From an uncultured Hyphomicrobiales bacterium (GTDB taxonomy: Bacteria; Pseudomonadota; Alphaproteobacteria; Rhizobiales; Xanthobacteraceae), in the NCBI GenBank assembly GCA_964641065.1, contig CAZXJZ010000005.1:92-64091 (forward strand): DNA of 64,000 nucleotides, given 5' to 3'. A program made the position numbers and the translations under genes. Shown piece by piece: positions 41,250 through 49,552 of the stretch. The first letter of the stretch is position 1. Every line of letters begins with the position of its first letter. The notes below the pieces were generated by a model. It saw only the letters and a list, made by a program, of their open reading frames with translations. It had not been told where the DNA came from and searched no databases.

Positions 41250-42323
41250 GTGATGTTGCGTGCAGGTGATTGGATCGAAGTTCGCGGTAAGGACGAAATT
41301 CTGAAAACCCTCGACAAGCAGGGTCGCCATGAAGGGCTTCCCTTCATGCCGCAAATGTTCAGCTTTTGCGGAAAGCGCTTTCAGGTTTTCAAGCGGGCGC
41401 ACAAGACCTGCGATACCGTGGATCGAACCGGCGGCCGCAGCCTTCCCGACACTGTCCATCTGGATCTTCGTTGCGACGGCAAGGCTTATGGCGGCTGTCA
41501 GGCTGCGTGCCTGATCTTCTGGAAGGAAGCCTGGCTCAAAGCAGTCGATGCCGCGGACGTGTCCTTGGCGGTGTCGAGTGACCGGACTCTGAATGCGGGC
41601 AAGGGCGCGGTCTGCACGGAAGACGATGTCTGGAAGGCCGTTCGACGCGTCGACAGCGCAAATCCTAAAGAGATCCGCTACGCGTGCCAGGCAACCGAGC
41701 TGCCGCGCTTCACAACGCCGTTGCCGTGGTGGGACCTCAGGCAATATGTCGAGGACTATACGTCCGGCAACACATCGCTTGGCCGGATCGTGCGCGGGGC
41801 TCTTTACGCCGCGTATTATAATGGGACCCTGGCCTATCGTGACAAAATCGGCCGGCCGGCGCGTTGGCTCTACGATGTCACTCAATCCCTGTGGCAGGGC
41901 GTGCCGTTTCCTCGCAAGAAGGGCCGGCTACCGGACGGGAGGCCGGCGACAGACGAACAGCAGTTCGAGCCGGGCGATGTTGTTCGGATCAAATCCTATG
42001 ACGAGATTCTGTCGACCCTCGACCGGGGCAACAAGCTTGGTGGCTTGTTCTTCGATGCGGAGATGGTGCCGTTTTGCGGCGGCACCTATCGCGTCAGGTC
42101 CAGAGTCAAAAATTTTCTGAACGAAAAAACTGGCAAGCTGGTCGCGCTCAAGGCCGGCGCCGTCATGCTGGAGAATGTCTGGTGTCAATCCCGCTACAGT
42201 GATTGCCGGATGTTCTGTCCGCGCGCAATTTATCCGTGGTGGCGCGAAGAATGGCTGGAGAAGGTGTCCGACAGTCCCGCGCGCGCGGTAGACGGCAGAC
42301 GTCAGATGCCGGACGCGGCCTGA
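41250..42323 (+). CDS. Hypothetical protein made of two homologous Cys-containing domains
   Basis: Repeat 1 LRAGDWIEVRGKDEILKTLD..LPFMPQMFSFCGKRFQV..C..C...WKEAWL; repeat 2 FEPGDVVRIKSYDEILSTLD..LFFDAEMVPFCGGTYRV..C..C..WREEWL. Confidence 0.85.
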   Translation: MMLRAGDWIEVRGKDEILKTLDKQGRHEGLPFMPQMFSFCGKRFQVFKRAHKTCDTVDRTGGRSLPDTVHLDLRCDGKAYGGCQAACLIFWKEAWLKAVDAADVSLAVSSDRTLNAGKGAVCTEDDVWKAVRRVDSANPKEIRYACQATELPRFTTPLPWWDLRQYVEDYTSGNTSLGRIVRGALYAAYYNGTLAYRDKIGRPARWLYDVTQSLWQGVPFPRKKGRLPDGRPATDEQQFEPGDVVRIKSYDEILSTLDRGNKLGGLFFDAEMVPFCGGTYRVRSRVKNFLNEKTGKLVALKAGAVMLENVWCQSRYSDCRMFCPRAIYPWWREEWLEKVSDSPARAVDGRRQMPDAA

Positions 42324-42411
42324 CGCAAGGGTATCACGAGGTCGGGGCCGGCGGATCGGCCGCCGGCTGAGTTACGTCAATCCGGTCGCCTTGCGCGCGC
42401 CGGTGCTTCGC

Positions 42412-43569
42412 TTATTTGCCCATGAGCGCCGAGACGATGGCGTTGTAGGCTGGCTTCGGCCGCATGTCGAAATCGAACGGCAGGGTGCGCGGCATCCTCA
42501 CATCGGAGAGGCGCCCGGCCATGATGTTTTCCGCGCCCGATGTATGCCTGTCGCTGAGCTCCCAGGTAACGAGCAGCTTGACTGCGTCGACCGACAGGAC
42601 ATCCCTGAGATACATCTGGTAAAAATCCGCGACGCCCTTGTCGCGCTTTGCGAAATCGTCGGGAAACGGCGAATCGTCCACGTCGAGTTCGGTGATGTAG
42701 ATGTCGAGGCCCATCGCCTTGATCGCATGCATGAACGCGAGCAGGGAATCGCGATCATATTCGTCGCGGAATTTCGGCGACATGTGCGATTCCATGCCGA
42801 TCGCGTCGAGCGGCACATTCTCGTCACGCAGGCGCCTGACCAGGTCGAGGAAGTGGCTGCGGAATTTCGACCACGGCGAGCCCGGCTTGCGGGACCGGTT
42901 CTTCGCGAACGGCGAGTCGTACCATTTGTACTCGAGGAAGGCCTCGTTCAGCACCAGTTTGGCGGCCGGGTCGGCCTGCCTGGCGCGCCTGAAGCTTCGG
43001 GCAATGTAATCGCGGCCCATGGCATTGTACCACGGTCCGCCACGCAGGCCGCCCTCATGCCCGCTCTCGATCCAGATCGGCTCGTTGACCACGTCCCACG
43101 AATGCACGCGCCCGGCATAGCGGCCGGCCACGTCGTCGATATGGCGATCCAGCAGCCGTTCCATCTCGCGCGCGGACATGCGGCGCGTCCAGTCCGGCAT
43201 GAAGTCGTTCCAGATCAGCGTGTGTCCGCGCATCTTCAGATTGCATGTCGCCGCAAACGCGAACAGCCGGTCTGCGACCGTGAAGTCGATCGTATCCGGA
43301 CCGCCACGCAGCGCGCCGAATTTCAGGCTGTAGTCGGGTGTCAGGATCGCGCATTCGTCGCAGAGAAGCTTCGCATAGGGCGGGTTCGCGTAAATGTGCT
43401 GGTCGAATGCCGACCCGAACAGGATGCCGCGCGCCGCCGCGACGTCGCGCGCTTTCTTTGCAGGAGCGACCACGCTGCGCGCTGGGGATGCGGCGAGAAA
43501 CGTCGCTCCGGCGAGGGCTGCCATGCCGCGCAGGACGTTCCGGCGATTGCTGGGGATTTCCGGGTGCAT
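42412..43569 (-). CDS. Tat-exported glycoside hydrolase family 10 (xylanase-like)
   Basis: Twin-arginine signal NRRNVL; RGHTLIW, WDVVNEP (acid/base Glu), ITELDV (nucleophile Glu). Confidence 0.93.
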   Translation of the reverse strand: MHPEIPSNRRNVLRGMAALAGATFLAASPARSVVAPAKKARDVAAARGILFGSAFDQHIYANPPYAKLLCDECAILTPDYSLKFGALRGGPDTIDFTVADRLFAFAATCNLKMRGHTLIWNDFMPDWTRRMSAREMERLLDRHIDDVAGRYAGRVHSWDVVNEPIWIESGHEGGLRGGPWYNAMGRDYIARSFRRARQADPAAKLVLNEAFLEYKWYDSPFAKNRSRKPGSPWSKFRSHFLDLVRRLRDENVPLDAIGMESHMSPKFRDEYDRDSLLAFMHAIKAMGLDIYITELDVDDSPFPDDFAKRDKGVADFYQMYLRDVLSVDAVKLLVTWELSDRHTSGAENIMAGRLSDVRMPRTLPFDFDMRPKPAYNAIVSALMGK

Positions 43570-43861
43570 GGCGGTCGCTATCACGCACCGTGAAGGCGGT
43601 CAAAACAACGAAAAGTCAGACGCTGCGGCGGCGTGCATTAAGGTAAAGGCTATGGCGTTTTGGTTAATCCGCCAATTGGGCTGTCATGAGCGAAAGGAGG
43701 TCATATAAAACCACGATGCGTGCGATGCCCGGTTCAATCGCGCGCGGGGGACGACGCAGGAACCTTACAAATCAGCAATGATTGGCTGATGCGAGCGGCG
43801 AAATTTGGTGATGCTCAATTTGTCAGCCGATGTTGAAATAGTGAAAAGTGCCGTATCCCCC

Positions 43862-44704
43862 ATGACAACGTATGACGTCGAACTGGGCCGTCTCAACAGC
43901 CCAAAGCAGAAACTGCTGTCCCGTTTCCCGAAGCAGGCCGTGTATGCGCGATACATCAAGGCGCTGTTCCGCGGCGAAGTCGAATTACGGCTGCTTCCGT
44001 TTTTGTGCAACCGCTCGCTCGTGTCGCTGGATATCGGCGCGCATCACGGAATCTATACGCTCGGCACCAGTTTGTTTTCCCGTCGCGTGGTTTCGGTCGA
44101 ACCGCAATATCATCTGGCGCAGACGCTGCGGAAGTCGATGCCGCCGCGCACGACGCTGATCGAGGGTGCTTTGTCGCGCGAGGCCGGCGAGGCGACGCTG
44201 CGTATTCCCTTGCGCGAATGGGACTCGCTGTCGCATCTGGATTTCGGCGGCGAGGACGACAGCCGGTGGCGCTCACAGCGGGTGCGGCTGTTCCGTATGG
44301 ACGACATCGTTCAGGCGCCGGTCGGCTTTGTGAAGGTCGATGTCGAGGGCCATGAACGCGAAGTGCTCGAGGGCGCGCTCCGGATCGTTGAACAAGACAA
44401 GCCGGTCTTCCTGATCGAGATCGAGGAACGGCACCGTCCCGGATCGGTTGCGGACATCGTGGCTTTCATGGAGGGGCACGGATATCGCAGCTATTTCGTC
44501 GAAGGCAATCTGATCCGCCCGATCCATGAATTCGACATCGCGCGCCATCAATCCACATCGCTGATCGGCGCGGGCGATCGCGCAAGCTACAAGGACTACA
44601 TCAACAATTTCATTTTCGTCCCGCCGCATGTGAGCGTGCCGGCGTCGGTGCCGTCTCCGTGGCAGGCTTTGTCGGTCAGCCTCGGTCGAATTCTGGCGGG
44701 CTGA
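43862..44704 (+). CDS. FkbM-family SAM-dependent methyltransferase
   Basis: LDIGAHHGIYT, VVSVEPQ, FVKVDVEGHEREVLEGA; start uncertain (43805-43862). Confidence 0.9.
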   Translation: MTTYDVELGRLNSPKQKLLSRFPKQAVYARYIKALFRGEVELRLLPFLCNRSLVSLDIGAHHGIYTLGTSLFSRRVVSVEPQYHLAQTLRKSMPPRTTLIEGALSREAGEATLRIPLREWDSLSHLDFGGEDDSRWRSQRVRLFRMDDIVQAPVGFVKVDVEGHEREVLEGALRIVEQDKPVFLIEIEERHRPGSVADIVAFMEGHGYRSYFVEGNLIRPIHEFDIARHQSTSLIGAGDRASYKDYINNFIFVPPHVSVPASVPSPWQALSVSLGRILAG

Positions 44705-44763
44705 TCGCCTGAAACGCAAGCGGGCAGATTGCAGGCGCTGCCAACTATCGAATCGCAAGGGCG

Positions 44764-46062
44764 GTGATTGAGATGCTGGCAAGACAGGAACTGCCGGACG
44801 TTATGAATGAGGCGGATGGCGTTCAGGCGTCGCGGGCCTCGCGTCCGCACATGCTCTGCCTGATCCATCCGATCGATCCGCGCGGCAACAAGGTCGGCGG
44901 CATCGAGACCCATGTTCGCATGCTTCTGGCGCATGCGCCGCGCGACTGGCAGGTCCTGCTGGTCGGCGTTGACGGCCGCGGCGATTGCCGTGTCGGCGAA
45001 ATGCAGCGCCTGACGCTGGAAGGGCGGACGTTCGATTTTCTACCGGTGCTGCATTTTCCGGACGACCAGACGCAGGCGGCGCGGTCGATCTTTGCCTCGC
45101 TGACGTTCCGGTTTGGGGCCGGCTTGCTTAGGCATTTCGCGACGCTGCGGCGCGCGATCCGGGCAACGCCCAGCGCCACCATCGAACTGCAGCGGTTCGA
45201 ATTCGCGGTTCTTGGACCGCTGCTCGGCCGTCCGACCGTTCAGGTGATCCACGGCGAAGGCTCAAAGTCCGACAAGATGGATTCGCTGATCAAGAAATTC
45301 TGGTTCCTGCACCGCATGAACGAGGAGATCGCGATCCGGCTGGCCGGCGGAATCATTTGCGTGAATCCGAACATCCTCGCACGGCTCGAGCGCGAGAAGC
45401 CGGACGCAGCGAGACGCGCGGTGTTCATGCCGGTCGCGGTCGATGCTGAGATTTTCAAGGCGGCGGCGTTCGACAAGGCGGATGGCATCTTTCGTGTGGT
45501 GTTTGCAGGCCGGTTCGATGAGTTCAAGAATCCGCCCTTGATGTTCAAGAGCCTGCGACGCCTGCACGAGCGTCTGGGCGGCAGGGTCGAGTTTCATTAC
45601 ATCGGCACCAGCGACCCGTCGCGCTATCCCGAATTCGAGCTGGTGCGGCCGTTCACGACGTTCCATGGCTTCCGGACCTCGCGCGAGGTGGCTGACATCG
45701 TGAAGCGGTGCCACGCCGGCATTCTGACCTCATGGTTCGAGGGGATGCCGTGCTACCTGCTTGAACTGCTGTCGGTCGGACGGCCGGTCGTTGCGGTGAC
45801 ATTGCCGCAATACAAGCTGGTGATCGCGCCGGCCAAGAGCGGCTATCTGGTCGAGCGCCTGGACGAGGCCGGGCGCATGATCGACGACGAGCGCCTCGCC
45901 GACGCATTGGCGGACCGGCTGGCCGCTGTCTGGTCGGCAATCCAGCGCGACGCCCTGTCCGTCGATGCGATCCGGGACTGCGCAATGCCGTATTCGGTCG
46001 ACGTGCAACTCGATCGGCATTTCGCGCAGCATCGGCAGCTCATTGCCGGACGGGCAGCCTGA
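44764..46062 (+). CDS. Glycosyltransferase family 4
   Basis: GGIETHVR, FAGRFDEFKN, SWFEGMPCYLLELLSVGRPVV. Confidence 0.9.
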   Translation: MIEMLARQELPDVMNEADGVQASRASRPHMLCLIHPIDPRGNKVGGIETHVRMLLAHAPRDWQVLLVGVDGRGDCRVGEMQRLTLEGRTFDFLPVLHFPDDQTQAARSIFASLTFRFGAGLLRHFATLRRAIRATPSATIELQRFEFAVLGPLLGRPTVQVIHGEGSKSDKMDSLIKKFWFLHRMNEEIAIRLAGGIICVNPNILARLEREKPDAARRAVFMPVAVDAEIFKAAAFDKADGIFRVVFAGRFDEFKNPPLMFKSLRRLHERLGGRVEFHYIGTSDPSRYPEFELVRPFTTFHGFRTSREVADIVKRCHAGILTSWFEGMPCYLLELLSVGRPVVAVTLPQYKLVIAPAKSGYLVERLDEAGRMIDDERLADALADRLAAVWSAIQRDALSVDAIRDCAMPYSVDVQLDRHFAQHRQLIAGRAA

Positions 46063-46112
46063 CGCGCGCGAGGCGCATTTCACGCGCATGACGCGCCGCC
46101 TGCGACGCGCGG

Positions 46113-46436
46113 CTATTCGCCTTGCGCGCCGGATCGAAGGATCGCGATCCCGATTTCGTTTTCCGAACGCCACACGACCTGGCATTGCCAGAGTCCGTCC
46201 TCATGGCCTTTGACCCGCAACTGAAACACGTCGGGCATGTCGGCGACGCTTCGGCCCATCAATCTCGCGCCGCGCGCCGACACGTCGGTGAGCCAGAACG
46301 GACTGGTCTGCGTGCCATCGCCGCTATCGACGCAGTAGAAGGTTGGCGTTTCCAAGCGCGTCTGGTGCGGCGAGTGACTCGGCGAAGGCTTCATTGATTT
46401 CGTTTCGGGCCGCGTTTGCGGCGGACGAAAACTCAT
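46113..46436 (-). CDS. PilZ-domain protein (RxxxR motif degenerate)
   Basis: LTDVSARGARL, MPDVFQL, CQVVWRSENEIGI typical of PilZ barrels; start 46436 or 46394. Confidence 0.8.
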   Translation of the reverse strand: MSFRPPQTRPETKSMKPSPSHSPHQTRLETPTFYCVDSGDGTQTSPFWLTDVSARGARLMGRSVADMPDVFQLRVKGHEDGLWQCQVVWRSENEIGIAILRSGAQGE

Positions 46437-46539
46437 ACTGGTGCCGCCGGACCGGTTCCATGCGTGGCTGAGGTTAACCTTACTTGCCGCGGCTGGCGCT
46501 CGTGTCACCAGCCGGCGTCGCACCGAGAGTTAGGCGGCG

Positions 46540-47496
46540 CTAGGGGATCAGCAGAACCTTGCCGAAGTGTTTGTTCGCTCGCATGTAGGCATGCGCTTCG
46601 GCGGCTTGCGCGAGGCTGAAGCTGCGGTCGACCGGCACCCCGAGGCGGCCGGCCTTGACGTGATCCCACAGATCGTCGCGCATCCGGACCATGATGTCGT
46701 GAACCTCATCGATGTTGCGTGTCCGGAACGTCACGCCGATATAATCGATGCGGCGGCGTGCATGCTCGTCGAAGTCGAATTCGGCACGCGCGCCGGCGAG
46801 GCGTCCGATATTGACGATACGGCCCTTGAGCGCCGTGCAGCGCATGGTCTGGTTGACGGTCGGGCCGGACAGCATGTCGACGGTCAGATCGATACCTCGG
46901 CCGTCGGTCGCCTTGAGAACCTGCTCGGGCCAGTCGGCATCGGCCGTGTTGAGCGCGACGTCCGCGCCGAATTCCGTCAGCCGCGCACGCCGGGCGTCAT
47001 TGGTCGAGGTGCCGATGACGCATTTCGCGCCGAGCAGCTTCGCCATCTGCAGCCCGATGATGCCGACGCCGGAACTCGCACCTTGCACCAGCACGTTCTC
47101 GCCTGGCTTGAGACGGCCGGCCGTGACCAGTGCATTGTGCAGCGTGTTGAGGCCGACCGGCAGTGTCGCGGCCGTCTCATAGCTCATACCCTCCGGCATC
47201 TTGAGCGCGCGGCGGTAGTCGCACAGCGCAAATTCGGCGTGACTGCCGGTCGCGTGGCACATGATGCGGTCGCCGGCGGCGAAGCCTTGCACCTCAGCGC
47301 CGGTCGCGACGACCTCGCCGGCAAATTCGATTCCGATCGGCTTGCCGCCGTCGCTCGCCCCGGCTTTGGCAGCGCCGAGGTCGGCGCGGTTCAGCCCGAT
47401 AGCCTTCACTGCGATCAGAAGGTCGGCCGGGCCTGGGGCCGGTTGCGGCACGTCGTGAATTGTAATGCCGTTCGGGGAGGCAAGGCCGGCCTTCAT
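46540..47496 (-). CDS. Quinone oxidoreductase / zinc-independent MDR-family dehydrogenase
   Basis: AIGLNRAD, GIEFAGEV, LVQGASSGVG, GRIVNIG, HFGKVLL. Confidence 0.93.
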   Translation of the reverse strand: MKAGLASPNGITIHDVPQPAPGPADLLIAVKAIGLNRADLGAAKAGASDGGKPIGIEFAGEVVATGAEVQGFAAGDRIMCHATGSHAEFALCDYRRALKMPEGMSYETAATLPVGLNTLHNALVTAGRLKPGENVLVQGASSGVGIIGLQMAKLLGAKCVIGTSTNDARRARLTEFGADVALNTADADWPEQVLKATDGRGIDLTVDMLSGPTVNQTMRCTALKGRIVNIGRLAGARAEFDFDEHARRRIDYIGVTFRTRNIDEVHDIMVRMRDDLWDHVKAGRLGVPVDRSFSLAQAAEAHAYMRANKHFGKVLLIP

Positions 47497-47611
47497 CAGT
47501 CGCTCCTGGGTGCGGGTAGGAATTCCTTGGCACACGAATATCAGAGGACGGCTGCAACGGAACCGCCCTGGCTGAATCGTTACGGAGCCGCGATATTGTC
47601 ATAGGTCCGGC

Positions 47612-47625
47612 TTGATCTGACGCAA
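47612..47625. promoter_or_regulatory. FixK/FNR-type box upstream of phaC
   Basis: TTGA-TCTGAC-GCAA fits the FixK2 consensus TTG(A/C)-N6-(T/G)CAA, about 80 nt upstream of ATG 47703. Confidence 0.7.
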
Positions 47626-47702
47626 AACTTTCGTCCGTCGCGAAGAGGATGTTGCGAACATGGTCCGCGGGTCCGTGATGGGCCGCGGAGTGGGAGCGAA
47701 CG

Positions 47703-49544
47703 ATGGCCTTGCACGATGATCGGCAGACGTTGAGCGTCCTGAACCTGCCGGCGCGAACGGAGACCCGTCTCGCGGCGGCGTCGCAGGCGGCGCCTGCTGC
47801 CGATGCGGACGATGGCATTTCGGTGCCGTCGTTCGAGAACTGGAATCGTGTCATGCGGGCGACGGCCGCGCGCCTGACTCAGGGATTGTCGCCCCACGCA
47901 CAAGCGGCGGCGTGGTTCGACTGGGCGTCGCATCTCGCGCGCGCGCCCGGCCGGCAAGCGGAACTGGGCATCGCCGCCGCGCAGATCGCAACGCTGTATT
48001 CGCGCTTCGTCGGGCAGGCGCTGACGGGCTCGATGCCGCCGCCGCCATTTCATGCCCGGCCGCACGACCGGCGCTTCCAGCACGAGGCGTGGAGCAAGGC
48101 GCCGCTTGTTTTCTGGCAGCAGGCGCAACTCGCTCAGGAGCGATGGTGGTGCGAGGTGACCCGCGAGGTGCGGGGTATGAGTCCGATCAGGGCCAAACGC
48201 GTCCGCTTCATGGTCAACCAAATTCTCAATGCAGCCTCGCCGTCCAACAACCCGTGGCTCAATCCCGAGATTGTGGAGACCACCCTGCGCGAGAGTGGCG
48301 CCAATCTCGTGCGCGGCGCGAAGAACTACACCGAGGATATTTTTGCCCTGCTGTCGTCGAAGGAGCTGCCGATCCGCGACGGCTTCGAGGTCGGCAAGCA
48401 TGTGGCCGCGACGCCGGGCGAAGTCGTGTTCCGCAATCACCTGATGGAACTCATCCAGTACTGTCCGTCCGGCGATGCGGTCGTCGCCGAGCCGCTGCTG
48501 ATCGTTCCGGCCTGGATCATGAAATATTATGTCCTCGACCTGGAGGCGCATAATTCCCTGGTCCGCTATCTGGTCGAGCGCGGCTTCACCGTGTTCATGA
48601 TCTCCTGGCGCAATCCGGACGCCGACGATCGCGATGTGTCGTTCGACGATTACCGCCTGTCCGGCGTGATGGCCGCGCTCGATGCCATCAACGCGATCGT
48701 TCCCGACCGCAAGGTGCACGCGTGCGGCTATTGCATCGGCGGCACGCTGCTGTCGATCGCGGCCGCGACGATGGCGCGCGAAGGAGACGAGCGGCTTGCG
48801 ACCATCGCGCTGCTCGCGGCGCAGGTCGATTTCAGCGAAGCCGGCGACCTGATGCTGTTCGTGGACGAGAGCCAGATCGCCTTCCTCGAAGACATGATGT
48901 GGGATCAGGGCGTGCTCGATACCCGCCAGATGGCGGGCGCTTTCCGGATTCTGCGCGCGAACGACCTGATCTGGCGGACGATGCTGAAGGAATACTGGCT
49001 GGGCGAGCGCGAGAAGGCGAATGCGCTGACATCGTGGAACGCCGACCGGACGCGGATGCCAGCCCGCATGCACTCGCAATATCTGCGCGCGCTGTTCCTT
49101 GAGAACAGGATCACGGCCGGGCGGTATGCCGTCGACGGGCGGGTGATTGCCCTGAAGGACATCCACGCGCCGATGTTCGTCGTGGGCACGGAAAGCGACC
49201 ACATCGCGCCGTGGCGTTCGGTCTACAAAATCAGCCTCTTCACGGACAATGAGCTGACCTTCGTGTTGACCAATGGCGGGCACAATGTCGGCATCGTGTC
49301 CGAGCCCGGCCGCACCGACCGGCATTATTCCTTCGGGATGCGGCGTCCGTTCGATCGTTATCTCGACCCCGATAGCTGGCTCGCACAGGCGACGCGGGCC
49401 GAAGGATCGTGGTGGCCTGCCCTGGCCGACTGGCTGCTGACCCGCAGCAGCAGCGGCCGCGTTGCGCCGCCGCCGATGGGCGCGGTGCATCGCGGGCTTG
49501 CGACGCTATGCCCTGCGCCGGGCACTTACGTCCACCAGCGCTGA
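47703..49544 (+). CDS. phaC: Class I PHA synthase with PHBC_N-type extension (PhaC2-like)
   Basis: TPGEVVFRNHLMELIQY, IVPAWIMKYYVLDL, lipase box GYCIGG, catalytic D (ESDHIAPW) and H (GGHNVG). Confidence 0.95.
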   Translation: MALHDDRQTLSVLNLPARTETRLAAASQAAPAADADDGISVPSFENWNRVMRATAARLTQGLSPHAQAAAWFDWASHLARAPGRQAELGIAAAQIATLYSRFVGQALTGSMPPPPFHARPHDRRFQHEAWSKAPLVFWQQAQLAQERWWCEVTREVRGMSPIRAKRVRFMVNQILNAASPSNNPWLNPEIVETTLRESGANLVRGAKNYTEDIFALLSSKELPIRDGFEVGKHVAATPGEVVFRNHLMELIQYCPSGDAVVAEPLLIVPAWIMKYYVLDLEAHNSLVRYLVERGFTVFMISWRNPDADDRDVSFDDYRLSGVMAALDAINAIVPDRKVHACGYCIGGTLLSIAAATMAREGDERLATIALLAAQVDFSEAGDLMLFVDESQIAFLEDMMWDQGVLDTRQMAGAFRILRANDLIWRTMLKEYWLGEREKANALTSWNADRTRMPARMHSQYLRALFLENRITAGRYAVDGRVIALKDIHAPMFVVGTESDHIAPWRSVYKISLFTDNELTFVLTNGGHNVGIVSEPGRTDRHYSFGMRRPFDRYLDPDSWLAQATRAEGSWWPALADWLLTRSSSGRVAPPPMGAVHRGLATLCPAPGTYVHQR

Positions 49545-49552
49545 ATGGCGTC

